Below, in pieces: positions 10,153-23,794 of a stretch of 64,000 nucleotides of DNA. The stretch covers positions 719,200,001 to 719,264,000 of the forward strand of contig NC_091282.1 in the NCBI RefSeq assembly GCF_032444005.1, read 5' to 3'. Within the stretch, counting starts at the first letter, position 1; every line of letters begins with the position of its first letter. This DNA is from Ranitomeya imitator. Lineage: Eukaryota. The translations under genes and the position numbers were made by a program. A model generated the notes under the pieces. That model saw only the letters and a list, made by a program, of their open reading frames with translations. It did not search any database and was not told where the DNA came from.

Positions 10153-10630
10153 AGGTCTGGTTCAGACATCAGTTTTTTTTTTTAAGTACAAGAAAAACAG
10201 ATAGTATCGTCAGATTTTTCACTGTTGAGAGAAAAAATAAATTTCTCCACCTTCTCCTATCCATTAGACAGTGAAAAACTGATAGTGCACAAATGGCAAC
10301 CGAGTCCTGCCAATTTTTTTTCACGGACCCATAGATTGTTATTGCCAAACTTGATCTGACACTCAGATCAATATCAGACATGGCTCTGCGATTTTATAGA
10401 AACCATTCAGTTAGCTAAAAAAATGACATTTGAAAAGCCCCATAGAATGTCATAGGTATAAGTGCTATCTGTGAAAAAAACTGATATCACTCAAACGTGA
10501 AAAACTGACGTCTGAATGAGAAGGTGGAGAAACTTGTTTTTTCCTCATCAATGAAAAACTGATGAAACTCTGGTCCAAATCACTGACAAAACTCTGACGT
10601 GAACTCACTGTTGTGTAACTGAGGCATTAG
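10153..10630. mobile_element. Degenerate Harbinger-like MITE(s)
   Basis: Inverted blocks tttctccaccttctc / gagaaggtggagaaa and cagatttttcac / tgaaaaactga. Confidence 0.5.
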
Positions 10631-11429
10631 TCAGTTAGTTGGATGTGACTCCCTCTTAGCTATGGTGTACTATTTTACCTACATGAGGTGACACATAGGG
10701 TTGAGCGAAACGGATCGTTCATTTTCAAAAGTCGCCGACTTTTGGCACAGTCGGGTTTCACGAAACCCGACCCGACCCTTGTGTGGGGTCGGCCATGCGG
10801 TACGCGACTTTCGCGCCAAAGTCGAGTTTCAATGACGCTAAAAGCGCCATTTCTTAGCCAATGAAGGTGGACGCAGAGTGTGGGCAGCGTGATGACATAG
10901 GTCCTGGTCCCCACCATCTTAGAGAAGGGCATTGCAGTGATTGGCTTGCTGTCTGCGGCGTCACAGGAGCTATAAAGAGGCGTGACCGCCATCTTACTGC
11001 TGCTGATCTGAGCATAGGGAGAGGTTGCTGCCGCTTCGTCAGAAGCAGGGATAGCGTTAGGCAGGGTACATTAACCACCAAACCGCTTGTGCTGTAGCGA
11101 TTTCCACTGTCCAACACCACCTTTTGTTTGCAGGGACAGTGGAGGCTACATTTTTTTTTCCTCAGCGCTGTAGCTCATTGGGCTGCTCTAGAAGGCTCCC
11201 TGATAGCTGCATTGCTGTGTGTACACCGCTGTGCAAACCAACTGCTTTTTTCAAAGCACAAATCCTGTTGTTCCTTCCTTTCTCCACAGCTATCTTGTTT
11301 GTTTGTCCACACTTTTGATTTAATTTGTGCAGCAGTCCACTCCTTCTTATTGCTGCCTGCCATACCTGGCTGAGATTACTGCAGGGAGATAGTAATTGTA
11401 GGACAGTCCCTTTTTTTTTTTTTTTTTTT

Positions 11430-13690
11430 TAATTCTCCCTAAAAAAATAAGTTGTGGGAGATTAAGATCGGCATTTCTGCTAGAGTGCCATCCCTGTGTG
11501 TGCCATCTCTCTCAAATAGTGGGCCATAGAAAGCCTATTTTTTTTTATTGGGTTTATAAATTCTCCCTGACCAAAAAAAACAGTGGGAGATTAATATTGG
11601 CCTTTGTGCTTGTGTGCCAGTCCTGAGTGTGCCATCTCTCTCAAATAGTGGGCCATAGAAAGCCTAGTGTTTTTTTTTTTAATTTGGTTTCTAAATTCTC
11701 CCTGAAAAAATAAAAAAAACAGTGGGAGATTAATATTGGCCTTTCTGCTTGTGTGCCAGTCCTGAGTGTGCCATCTCTCTCAAATAGCGGGCCATAGGAA
11801 GCCTAGTGTTTTTTTTTAAATTTGGCTTCTAAATTCTCCCTGAAAAAATAAAAAAAAACAGTGGTAGATTAATATTGGCCTTTCTGCTTGTGTGCCAGTC
11901 CTGAGTGTGCCATCTCTCTCAAATAGTGGGCCATAGAAAGCCTTTTTTTTTTTTTAATTTGGTTTCTAAATTCTCCCTGAAAAAATAAAAAAAAACAGTG
12001 GTAGATTAATATTGGCCTTTCTGCTTGTGTGCCAGTCCTGAGTGTGCCATCTCTCTCAAATAGTGGGCCATAGAAAGACTAGTGTTTTTTATTTTAAAAT
12101 TTGGTTTCTAAATTCTCCCTGAAAAAAAAGTGGGAGATTAATATTGGCCTTTCTGCTTGTGTGCCAGTCCTGAGTGTGCCATCTCTCTCAAATTGTAAAC
12201 CATAGAAAGCCTTTTTTTTTTCAAATTTGGTTTCTAAATTCTCCCTGAAAAAATAAAAAAACAGTGGGAGATTAATATTGGCCTTTCTGCTTGTGTGCCA
12301 GTCCTGAGTGTGCCATCTCTCTCAAATAGTGGGCTGTTATGACCTGGTGGTTAGGAGCACCCGGAATGACCTGATAGTTAAAACTCACGCAGGACAAGCT
12401 CTGGGATGTGGGAGCTCTGCTGACCGCAATCCCTAATCCTATCACACACACTAGAAATAGCCGTGGAGTGCTCCTGACGCTCCCTAGGCGCCTCGTCACA
12501 ACCTAAGAGCTAGCTAGCCCTAGAGATAGAAAATAAAGCCTACCTTGCCTCAGAGAAATTCCCCAAAGGAAAAGGCAGCCCCCCACATATATTGACTGTG
12601 AGTAAAGATGAAAGTCACAAACGCAGAAATGAAACAGGTTTCAGCAAAGGGAGGCCAGACTTACTAAATAGACAGAGGATAGGAAAGGTAGCTTTGCGAT
12701 CAGCACAAAAAACTACAAAAGACCACGCAGAGTGTGCAAAAAGACCTCCGCACCGACTAACGGTGCGGAGATGCCACTCTGCATCCCAGAGCTTCCAGCT
12801 AGCAAGACAAAATCATGATATCCAGCTGGACAAGAAAACAATGAACAAATTAGATACTATCAGGAACTTAGCTTTTGCTGGAGTAGACAGGTCACCAGAA
12901 AGATCCAAGAGCGAACTGAACCAATGCAGAAAAATAGACAGCTGGCATGGAGTAACGATCTAAGTAGAGTTAAATAGAGCAGCAAACCAAAGGATAAACC
13001 CCGTCACCTGTGTAAGGAACCTCAGAAGCAGCAGCTCCACTCACAGCCACCAGAGGGAGCCCACGGACAGAACTCACCGAAGTACCATTCACGACCACAG
13101 GAGGGAGCTCGAAAACAGAATTCACAACAGTGGGCCATAGAAAGCCTAGTGTTTTTTTTTTTTAAATTTGGTTTCTAAATTCTCCCTGAAAAAATAAAAA
13201 AAACAGTGGGAGATTAATATTGGCCTTTCTGCTTGTGTGCCAGTCCTGAGTGTGCCATCTCTCTCAAATAGTGGGCCATAGAAAGCCTTTTTTTTTTTTT
13301 AAATTTGGTTTCTAAATTCTCCCTGAAAAATTAAAAAAAACAGTGGGAGATTAATATTGGCCTTTCTGTTTGTGTGCCAGTCCTGAGTGTGCCATCTCTC
13401 TCAAATAGTGGGCCATAGAAAGTCTAGTGTTTATTTTTTATTGGGTTTATAAATTCTCCCTGACAAAAAAAACAGTGGGAGATTAATATTGGCCTTTGTG
13501 CTTCTGTGCCAGTCGTGTGTGCCATCTCTCAGAATTAGTGGGCCACAGAAAGCCTAGTGCCTGTTTTTGGTTATTAAATTCTCCCTGAAAAAAAAAGAAA
13601 CAGTGGGAGATTAATATTGACATTTGTGCTTGAGTGACAGTCCTGCGTGTGTGGCATCTCTCTCATTTGGTGCCAAAGAAAACAGAGTGT
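11430..13690 (+). repeat. Tandem array of about 11 units of ~125-138 bp inside the hAT, split by a solo LTR
   Basis: Recurring aattctccctgaaaaa...cagtgggagattaatattggcc...gtgccatctctctcaaatagtgggccatagaaagcc; length varies in the A/T runs. Confidence 0.95.
12335..13129 (-). mobile_element. Solo LTR of the chromovirus family (795 bp)
   Basis: TGTT...AACA termini, similar to the LTRs at 30513 and 36288; flanked by GTGGGC on both sides. Confidence 0.93.
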
Positions 13691-13777
13691 GTAACATCGT
13701 GCCTGATTTTCCTTGCGGTCTCACCCACCTATAAAGGGATATCTAAATCATACAGAAGTTAGAGTTCACCTTGTAAG

Positions 13778-16700
13778 TTGTTTGACAGTAACAAATACCG
13801 TTACTTTGGTGACGTTTTTAAAACAATGAGGAAGTCAGCTGGTAATGATGGTAGTGGTAGTGGAGCATCAGGTGGCCGTGGGAAAAACAATATAGCACCT
13901 AAGTCTCGAGCTGTGGAGCCAGGTTTGTCGTCTGGCTACACAAGGCCTCGAATGCTCCTTTTTCTGGGAGTAGGAAAACCGCTTTTAAAGCCGGAGCAGC
14001 AAGAGCAAGTTTTGGCTTACCTTGCTGACTCAGCCTCTAGCTCTTTTGCCTCCTCTTCTGAAACTGGTAAATGTAAAAGCAGCGCGTCCTTAGTGGATGT
14101 TCACAGTCAGGGACAGGGACAAGTTGCTTCCTTGTCCTCTTCAGCAAAAACAACAACAGAGAAGGATGCAGCAGGCGACACAACGGGTTACTCCATGGAG
14201 CTCTTTACACATACCGTCCCTGGCTTAGAAAGTGAAACAGTTAACAGGCCGACTTACACGGTGACACAGACGAAGTTGCACACGAGATAGAAGAGGAGGT
14301 TATAGATGACCCAGTTGTTGACCCCGATTGGCCGCCATTGGGGGAACAGGGTGCAGGCGGCAGTAGTTCTGAAGCGGAGGAGGAGGGGCCGCAGCAGGCA
14401 TCAACATCGCAACAGGTTCCATCTGCCGGGCCCGTATCTGGCCCAAAATGCGTGGCAAAGCCAAAACCTGTTGGAGGACAGCATGGCCATCCGGTTAAAG
14501 CTCAGCCTGCAATGCCTGAAAAGGGATCCGATGCTAGAAAGAGTGCAGTCTGGCAGTTTTTTAAACAACATCCAATTGATCAGCGCAAAGTCATCTGTCA
14601 AAAATGTTCAACTACCTTAAGCAGAGGTCAGAATCTGAAAAGTCTAAATACAAGTTGCATGCATAGACATTTAACCACCATGCATTTGCAAGCCTGGACT
14701 AACTACCAAACGTCCCTTAAGGTTGTAGCACCCTTGGCCAATGAAGCTAGTCAGCAACGCTACATCCCTTCTGTCAGTGTAAGGCCACCATTTTCCGCAC
14801 CACCTGCAGTATCTGTGCAGGTTTCTTTGCCAGGCCAAAGCAGTCAGGGTCAGGGAATCACCAGTTTCGTAGTAGGAAACACTGCATCTAGGGCACCGGC
14901 GGCAACAATACCGTCTCCAACCGTCTCTCAGTCTGCCATGTCCACCGGCACCCCCGCTAGTTCCACGATCTCCAGCTCTCCAGTCCAGCTCACCCTACAT
15001 GAGACTATGGTTAGAAAAAGGAAGTACTTAGCCTCGCATCCGCGTACACAGGGTTTGAACGCCCACATAGCTAGACTGATCTCGTTAGAGATGATGCCCT
15101 ACCGGTTAGTTGAAAGCGAAGCTTTCAAAGCCCTGATGGACTACGCTGTACCACGCTACGAGCTACCCAGTCGACACTTCTTTTCGAGAAAAGCCATCCC
15201 AGCCCTCCACCAGCATGTTAAAGAGCGCATCGTCCATGCACTCAGGCAATCTGTGAATACAAAGGTGCACCTGACAACAGATGCATGGACCAGTAGGCAT
15301 TGGCAGGGACGGTACGTGTCCATCACGGCACACTGGGTGAATGTGGTGGATGCAGGGTCCACAGGGGACAGCAATTTTGGGACAGTTCTGCTTAGCCCAT
15401 GGTCTAGGAAACAGTTGGCTGTAGCCGTTTGCACCCCCTCCTCCTCGTCCTCCTGCAGAAGCGAGAGCTCGTCCACAGACCGCAGTCGCCCAACCACTCC
15501 ATCCGCAGCTGCCACTGTTGCACACCAGTTGTCCCATTATGGGGCAGCTACTGGCAAGCGTCAGCAGGCTGTATTGGCTATGAAGTGTTTGGGCGACAAC
15601 AAACACACCGCGGAAGTTCTGTCCCAGTTCTTGCAGAAAGAAACGCAGTCGTGGCTGGGCACTGTAGATCTTGAGGCAGGCAAGGTAGTGAGTGATAACG
15701 GAAGGAATTTCATGGCTGCCATCTCCCTTTCCCAACTGAAACACATTCCTTGCCTGGCTCACACCTTAAACCTGGTGGTGCAGTGCTTACTGAAAAGTTA
15801 TCCGGGGTTATCCGACCTGCTCCTCAAAGTGCGTGGACTTTGCTCGCATATCCGCCGTTCGCCCGTACACTCCAGCCGTATGCAGACCTATCAGCAGTCT
15901 TTGAACCTTCCCCAGCATCGCCTAATCATAGACGTTGCAACAAGGTGGAACTCAACACTGCACATGCTTCAGAGACTGTGCGAACAGAAGCGTGCTGTTA
16001 TGTATTTGTGGGAGGATACACATACACGGGCAGGCAGTAGGATGGCAGACATGGAGTTGTCAGGTGTGCAGTGGTCAAAGATACAAGACATGTGTCAAGT
16101 TCTTCAGTGTTTTGAGGAATGCACATGGCTGGTTAGTGCAGACAACGCCATAATAAGCATGAGCATCCCCCTAATGCGTCTGCTGATGCAAAGTTTGACG
16201 CACATAAAGAAGCAGGTGTCTGCAGCAGAGGAAGCGGAAAGCCTTGATGACAGTCAGCCATTGTCTGGTCAGGGCAGTGTACAGGACGAGGTAGCGGGCA
16301 AACAGGAGGAGGAGGACGAGGAGGATGATGGGGATGAGTATTTTTTTAATGAGGAAGCTTTTCCGGGGCCACTGGAAATTGGTGGCGTGGCAAGGCCTGG
16401 TTCTGGTTTTTTGAGGAACACAAGTGACGTAGATTTGCCTGAAACTGCCCCTCAACCCAGCACAACCGCAGATTTGACAACTGGAACTTTGGCCCACATG
16501 GCGGATTATGCCTTACGTATCCTCAAAAGGGGCACACGCATTACTAAAATGATGAACGATGACGATTACTGGTTGGCCTGCCTCCTTGATCCTCGCTATA
16601 AAGGCAAATTGCAAAATATTATGCCACATGAGAAACTTGGAACTAATATTAGCAACCAAACAATCAACTCTTGTTGACCATTTGCTTCAGGCATTCCCAG

Positions 16701-17119
16701 CACACAGCGCCCGTGATCGTTCTCACACGAGCTGCAGGGGGCAGCAGACCAGAGGTGTTAGAGGTGCACAAATCAGAAGTGGCATTGGACAGAGAGGTTT
16801 TCTGACCAGGTTGTGGAGTGATTTTGCTATGACCGCAGACAGGACAGGTACTGCAGCTTCAATTCAAAGTGACAGGAGACAACATTTGTCCAGTATGGTT
16901 ACTAACTATTTTTCATCCCTTATCGATGTTTTCCCTCAACCGTCATTCCCATTTGATTACTGGACATCCAAATTAGACACCTGGCCAGAATTGGCAGAAT
17001 ATGCATTGCAAGAGCTTGCTTGCCCGGCAGCTAGTGTCCTATCAGAAAGAGTATTCAGTGCTGCAGGTTCAATATTAACCGAAAAAAGGACTTGTCTGGC
17101 TACCCAAAATGTTCATTAA
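13778..17119 (+). pseudogene. hAT transposase in three frames (13778-14290, 14338-16677, 16559-17119)
   Basis: BED finger (KSAVWQFF...ICQKC...MHRHLTTMH), LTTDAWTS, VSDNGRN, CLAHTLNLVV, DVATRWNST, LDPRYK, and the dimerisation domain DYW...CPAASVLSERVFSAAG. Confidence 0.92.
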
Positions 17120-17864
17120 AATGAACCACAACTGGATTTCGAATTCTTTTGCCCCACCTTGCCCGGCTGACACCTAGCTTTCCTATGAAAAGGTCTTGCT
17201 TGTGGACTACTCTGACTGACTTTTCCAATCTCGTAATTTGCAGCAGCTGATTATCCAGCATACGACATGTTTACACCTCCCTAAATGGCCAAACTCCCCC
17301 CACGGGGCCGTGGTATCGCCACTTGGCGCAAGCACCCGTGAGAGTGCCGTTTGTCTGAAGAGGTGGGTGTGCCCGCTTTTGGTCGACGGCACTGCCACTG
17401 GGTCCCTCATAGTACAATAAAGTGTCTCTGGCGGTGGTGGTGCGCACCCAACGTCAGACACACTTTTGTAACATGAGGGGCCCTAGGCCTGTACCGCCGG
17501 CCACAAGAGAGTTCCCCGCCCCAGCTCAAACATTGCTCTACCACTTGCACAATTATCTCTCACAGTTCTACCAATGTTTAGTCTATGCGCTGACATCATT
17601 CAGTGCCTGGCACTGACAATACTATTGTGTTGACATGTATGATGGTACTTAACATAGTCAGGGGCAGTGTCCTATATTTACACCAGTATATAATTAGCAC
17701 CAAATTACTAGGTCTAAAACTCAGTAGAGGAGCCCACCCCTGTACCTAAGTATTCCACCCTTTTGTGTTTTGGTTTTGTTGTAATGCGAGACATTAACAT
17801 CTATTTATTTTTTTGGAGTACTAACTGGCAGACACTCATTACAATCGGCCTCCGCTGACAACAC

Positions 17865-18690
17865 CAATGCTGCCTGTGTACCCCTGCAAGAGAGTTGCAA
17901 GTGCCTACAGCCAAATTTTGTTATGTTAGGCCTACTACGCCTGTCTGCGGTCCCTCCTGCCACTAGTCCTTCAGTGACCTGACCACTGCTGCCCGTGTAC
18001 CCCTGGATCCAATTTTAAAGTGCCTACAGCCAAATTTTGTAATGTTAGGCCTACTACGCCTGTCTGCGGTCCCTCCTTCCACTAGTCCTCCAGTGACCTA
18101 TCTACTGCTGCCCGTGTACCCCTGGAACCAATTTTAAAGTGCCTACAGCCAAATTTTGTTATGTTAGGCCTACTACGCCTGTCTGCGGTCCCTCCTTCCA
18201 CTAGTCCTCCAGTGACCTATCTACTGCTGCCCGTGTACCCCTGGAACCAATTTTAAAGTGCCTACAGCCAAATTTTGTTATGTTAGGCCTACTACGCCTG
18301 TCTGCGGTCCCTCCTTCCACTAGTCCTCCACTGACCTGACCACTGCTGCCCGTGTACCCCTGGAACCAATTTTAAAGTGCCTACAGCCAAATTTTGTTAT
18401 GTTAGGCCTACTACGCCTGTCTGCGGTCCCTCCTTCCACTAGTCCTCCACTGACCTGGCCAATGCTGCCCGTGTACCCCTGGAACCAATTTTAAATTGCA
18501 TAGAGCATCCTTTTTTTAATAGTAGGCATACAAACTCTGTCTGTGGTCCATAATTGAAATTGTCCTCCACTGAACAGACCAATGCTGCCTGTGTACCCCT
18601 GTAACCTTTTTTAAACTGCATTGAGCCAAATTTTGTGTTTAAGGTCTACTACCTGTGTCTGTCTGCGCCACTCAATACAGCTGTCCTCCT
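17865..18690 (+). repeat. Tandem array, 119-bp unit, about 7 copies
   Basis: ctgctgcccgtgtacccctggaaccaattttaaagtgcctacagcc... recurs at ~119-bp spacing. Confidence 0.95.
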
Positions 18691-18784
18691 TTTAAAAAAG
18701 CAGAGCGTCAATAGTCTGGTTTTCAGCCTATAGGAATTTGAAAACTGCATTGGGGCTACTACTACTACTTCGGTAGGGCCTACT

Positions 18785-19362
18785 AACGGTGTCTGCCGCT
18801 CCAAGGTGTTCCCCAGGTGGCCTCTCCATAGCTTCGAGCTTCTAGCTCTCGTTTAGTAGTTGTTGAAAACAGCACTGCATTAGGCCTACAAGTTGGGTCT
18901 GGGTTGTAGAGACGGTGTGTTCCACTCCAAGGTGTTCCCCAGGTTGCCTCTCCATTGCTTCAATCTTCTGGCTCTTGTTTAGTAGTTGTTGAAAACAATA
19001 CTGCATTCGGCCTACAAGTTGGGTCTGGGGTGTAGAGACGGTGTGTTCCACTCCAAGGTGTTCCCCAGGTTGCCTCTCCATTGCTTCGATCTTCTGGCTC
19101 TCGTTTAGTAGTTGTTGAAAACAACACTGCATTAGGCCTACTAGTTGGGTATGGGGTGTAGAGACGGTGTGTTACACTCCAAGGTGTTCCCCAGGTTGCC
19201 TCTCCATTGATTCGATCTTCTGGCTCTTCTTAAGTAGTTGTTGAAAACAACACTGCATTCGGCCTACAAGTTGGGTCTGGGGTGTAGAGACGGTGTGTTC
19301 CACTCCAAGGTGTTCTCCAGGTTGCCTCTCCATTGCTTCAATCTTAAAGCTCTTGTTTAGTA
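18785..19362 (+). repeat. Tandem array, 126-bp unit, about 4.5-5 copies
   Basis: ggtgtgtt(c/a)cactccaaggtg at 18914, 19040, 19166 and 19292. Confidence 0.95.
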
Positions 19363-19881
19363 GTTGGTCACGTGGTGCCGCACATTACAGTGATGAATAT
19401 GCGGCTCCACCTCCCATAGGGGTGGAGCCGCATATTCATTACTGTAATAAGCGGCATCACGTGACCGCTCATACAGGAAGAGCTGCGACGCTGAGAGGAT
19501 GCAAGCGCCGAGGGAGCTGGGTAAGTATTTTAATGCCAGCGGGCGGGCGCACAGGGGGTGGGAGGGGGCAGATTACCGGCAACTTTATTTTAAAAACAAA
19601 AATAAATAAAAAAAAAAAGATTATTCATTCCTTCTTTCCAGCGAACGCTGCTGGAGAGAAGAAATGAATGGCGGCTTCAGTACCAGATGCAGGGGACAGC
19701 GCTTAACTCTAGCGCTGTCTCCTGCACGGTGCGTGTGGTACCCAGTCGGCACACGGGTGGCACACGGATGCTGCACGTGTGCCACACTGATGTGCCACGT
19801 GAGCACACGGACACACGGACACGGATAATTCCGATACCGATTTTTCCGGTACTAGAATTATCTGTACGTGTGAGACTGGCC
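19363..19881. mobile_element. Central hairpin and right arm of a Harbinger-like MITE (left arm missing)
   Basis: 28-bp stem hairpin at 19384-19448; terminus gtgtgagactggcc|tta. Confidence 0.7.
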
Positions 19882-19949
19882 TTAGAGGAATACCATGAAA
19901 AAACACAACTACTTATTTTTGAAAGGGGGCACAAGTAGTATAATGTAAA

Positions 19950-20210
19950 TAGAAAAATATTTGCAATCACTATAATCTTACTGACCCAGAGAATAAAGTA
20001 ACGTTGCAAAATTTACAATGTGAAAAATCAGTGGCAGTATTGCTTTTTTTCCTAACACCCTCAGAAAGGGTTAATATATTAATCTGTAATTTGTGTAACC
20101 CAAAATGGTGACATAAAAAAACTACAACTTGTCCTGCCATAAACAAGGCCCATACAGCTACATCAATGGAAAAAAAGTTATAGCTATTGAAATATGACAA
20201 TGAAGAAATT
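19950..20210 (-). mobile_element. Fragment of the TTAA non-autonomous family seen at 44982
   Basis: The reverse complement resembles 45040-45180 (ataac.ttttt...gcaggacaag). Confidence 0.45.
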
Positions 20211-21510
20211 ACCAAAAAGAATACTCGACCGCACCCAGAAATGAATTGAGCGGCTGGTCAGACATGCGTGCTCCCGCTTCATTCATTACAATGGGAGTTC
20301 CAGTTAGTTCCAGAACTATCAGTCAAATGAATCAAGCTGCTGCACACATGATAGCATTTTGGGGCCCCTGTTCTTGGTATCAGTGTAAGGTCTACTACTG
20401 GGACCCCCAATGATTACAAGTATGGGGCCCCAATAAATCTCATCTATCTCTGACATGAGCGGAAAAGCTGATGGGCATGCGTGCAGATGCTCGATTGTAA
20501 GGACCAGCTCACATGGCAGATTTTGGTGAGGGCAGGGCCTTTCTCAGCACTGCTGTGGCTAAAACCTGCCGTTCCACAATCCTCATAGCTGTCTCCCATA
20601 GAGATGATTGTGAGGCATGAAGGAAGAGGCATGAAGGAAGAAGCAAATTGTTCGCCTGGTTGCCAATACTAAACGTCTGATTGAAGATCCAGCATGTGAA
20701 CTGGACCTAATAATGATCCCAAATGTTGTGTATAGGGAATAAGTATTAGGTTACTAGAATATCCCCTTTAAGCCAGGCAGCTGTACCTTGTTGCAGGCAG
20801 CAGTCAGTAGGGTTGAACTTAGTAGTAGTTAGTAGTTTGCAGGCAGCAGACAGAGATGGGCTCCAACTTCACATTGCACGAGCAGGGAGGGGGCACAAGA
20901 CGAGTAATAGGTGGGTGAATAGGAGGTCGGATGGGCAAGTGGGTGGACGTGCACACTGCTTCACTTTTGGGTCCTCAAGTCCTGCATACTATGTGCTGCA
21001 AAGGCCAGGGGCATGCTGGCAGCTTAGGAACAGAGGGCAGGTGGCAGCGTCTGACGTCAATGATTTCTTCCCGCTCTGCTATGGCCATATAATGTAAGTG
21101 ACTTGGGCCCAGATGCTTAATAAAGCAAAGTAAAGTAACTATCCAGGGCCCCAGCATGCCAAGCAGTCTGTAAGGCCATTTATACAGTGGTTCAGTGTGA
21201 TACCTCAGCCTGCAATGTATCTCACCCAATCAGGGGCTCCCCTCTTTGCTTCTGCTCACCGGACCCTATACACCAGTAATGCCCTGATGGCGGTCCTGGA
21301 TGTGGGGTCTTTTTACAGATTTTCTATTAGGCCCCTGAAGTTTTAGCTGCATCTTTAGGATTTGACGATGATATACAGTAAGTAGGACAATATGTATTTT
21401 ACCAACGAAAGTTATTTGATACCTTTCAGCATTAATAGCTAGGTTAAATCAATGAATAAATTGTCCCTATTAAATATCTTTACAATTATATTTTTATTTT
21501 ACCCCTGTAG

Positions 21511-21616
21511 CGAAGTTGAATGCTAATTTCACGGAGAAGCAAACACCAGTGTTATATGACTTAAGGTCATGGAAACCGCTTGTGGCACAATATGATCTTG
21601 CATATGGTCGGCTCAG
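21511..21616 (+). CDS. Candidate internal exon (106 bp) of an unidentified host gene
   Basis: Acceptor tttttattttacccctgtag| and donor CAG|gtatct; only one open frame, KLNANFTEKQTPVLYDLRSWKPLVAQYDLAYGRL; non-repetitive context. Confidence 0.4.
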
Positions 21617-23794
21617 GTATCTAACATAAAGCAAAGAAAAATCGGACTGACTGTTGTAAAAAGCGTGCATTCCTGAAAATGGCCAATATATACTTCAGAA
21701 GTTCAGAACACTAATTAAATCATAAGATTTTACTTGTAACATAGGGTAAAAAGGTCAATTGTAAGCAATTTCCCTTCTGAATGCTAAATGTCAAAGTCCT
21801 TCTGCCAGGGAGCTCCAGCAGGGAGTGCAATAAAAAGAGAGGTACTCAAAATGTCACCCAGAAAACTACTCTAGATTAATAGAATATCGGCAGCATGGAG
21901 ATGAAGTAAAATTGGACTGTAGGCTGCTGACGAGCCAGTAACATCCTTAAATATATGAACCAGAGTCATATTGCTCAGGTGTTGGAAATAAATAGGCAGT
22001 ATTATCAGATTTTTCTCTTTTTCCATTTTCTGCCATTCTATAAGGTCACTGTGATATTAATAATTGATGAAATTTGTGCTATTTTTGGTTCCTTTTTTGC
22101 TTTTTATATTCTAGAGGATATGCAATATTTCCCATTCATATAAGACACGGTACCAAGATACCGTATAGATCTTTCCTGTATAAGATCTGGTAATTTAAAC
22201 TTTATTTTGTATCCAAAGCGAAAAAATAACCTCATTTCCTAATTCTTTATCATACTACCCATACATCTATAGATAAATAAAGCATGCATTTCAAACAGCA
22301 AATGTAAGACTTTCTTTGGCTGCTCAAACATACGGTCACAATTTTGGATATACACTCAGTAACAACAATGCTATGGATCAATTTGGGATGGTTATCACAA
22401 GGTTATGGATTTATGTTGCAAATCTTCCATTTCAGCAAATGCAATGTGTTCTGATTGGGATGAGAGGACTATGCAGTTTATTGGAGAACACTGAACTACA
22501 ATGAACTTCATGGATAAAGGTTACAAACACTTTTTCACAGAACTTTATTTTATGTGATGCGCCAAATCTGCGGAGGCTGTGGGCTGGTGTTTTTAGGTGG
22601 GGAAAGACCCAATGACCATGGACCTTTGAAGCCTGATAATATCAGCTGTCTGCATCACCTTAGCTGGCTATCAAAAATAGGGGAGACCCCAAGTTGTTTT
22701 TTAAATTTATTTATTTATTTAATTATCAGCTTAACACAAGTACAGTAAACTACACATGCAGGACACTAATTAGATATCTCTAATCTAGTTATCTATCTAC
22801 AACATATCTATCATTTTTCTCTTTCTGAGCATATTTAAAACACCTAATCATCGGTCATTTCTATTTTGCATTCTATTCCAGTACATTTCACACAGATGGC
22901 ACAGTGATTTCGCACTTTATGTCATCCATGTAAACATGTGCAGGGCGTATTGACATGTCTGCATGTGGGTCACACGAACACACGGTCCGTGTGAACACAC
23001 AGACAAGTGCGCAGCCCTATAGATTATAATGTGTGTCTCCAGTATGTGCGAAAACTTTCACCACACATACTCGAAACATTGACATGTGAGGAAACGTTAG
23101 TCTTTTACCTAGCTGAGTGATCTGCAAAACTGATGTTTGCATGGCTCTGTCTGCTTCCTCTCCCTTTTCTCAGTGTTAGCGCTGCGTGAGGAAGGGGGTA
23201 CTATTGCTAACACAATATGGTTTAACCCCTTTCAAGATTTTTAATATAGAGTCTTAAAAATGTCAAATAGACGGCAGTATAGAATGAATATAATGAATAG
23301 TAACCCAGTAATAATCAATGGTTTGTTTAATACCACAGTGCCCAGACAGGCTTTTCATTTTTTTAATAAAAAAAAATGGTTGAAAAATTAGGCCTCTTAT
23401 AAATTTGTGATCAGGCAGACCATTCTATGTAGAACACTAACTCAAACTGATGATGTTGCTGTCAGAGGTAACATCACACTGCTGAGACTGAGAGGAGTGA
23501 TGTGTCATTTATTCCATAACACTCTCCACTACTCCACTACCCTACCCAATTGTAGCCTGCGAATAATAAAACTACTTTCAGGGCGGTTCTGTTACTAGCA
23601 GCTCCCACATTCTTGGACATGGTATGGAGATTTTTTTAGGCAAACCTGAAGCAATCCAAAGTACAACATGTAATCCAGAACTGCCCTCAGGAGGTTATGA
23701 GTAAGGAGTATTACTCTGAAACGCATCTTTGATCTCTACATGTTTTTTAGCAGAGGTGAGTTCCTCGCAGTTCAAATTCACCGCAATAACATAG

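Larger units (their letters stand above)
10696..19362 (+). mobile_element. hAT DNA transposon with BED-finger transposase and internal tandem arrays; right TIR not found
   Basis: Left end TAGGGTTGAGCGAAA (hAT-type TIR) and transposase ORFs. It ends abruptly at a junction with a half MITE. Confidence 0.85.

Noticed and set aside
13778-17119. Domesticated ZBED-type host gene
   Set aside because: It has a TIR, internal arrays, two frameshifts and an internal deletion, so it is a decayed transposon copy.
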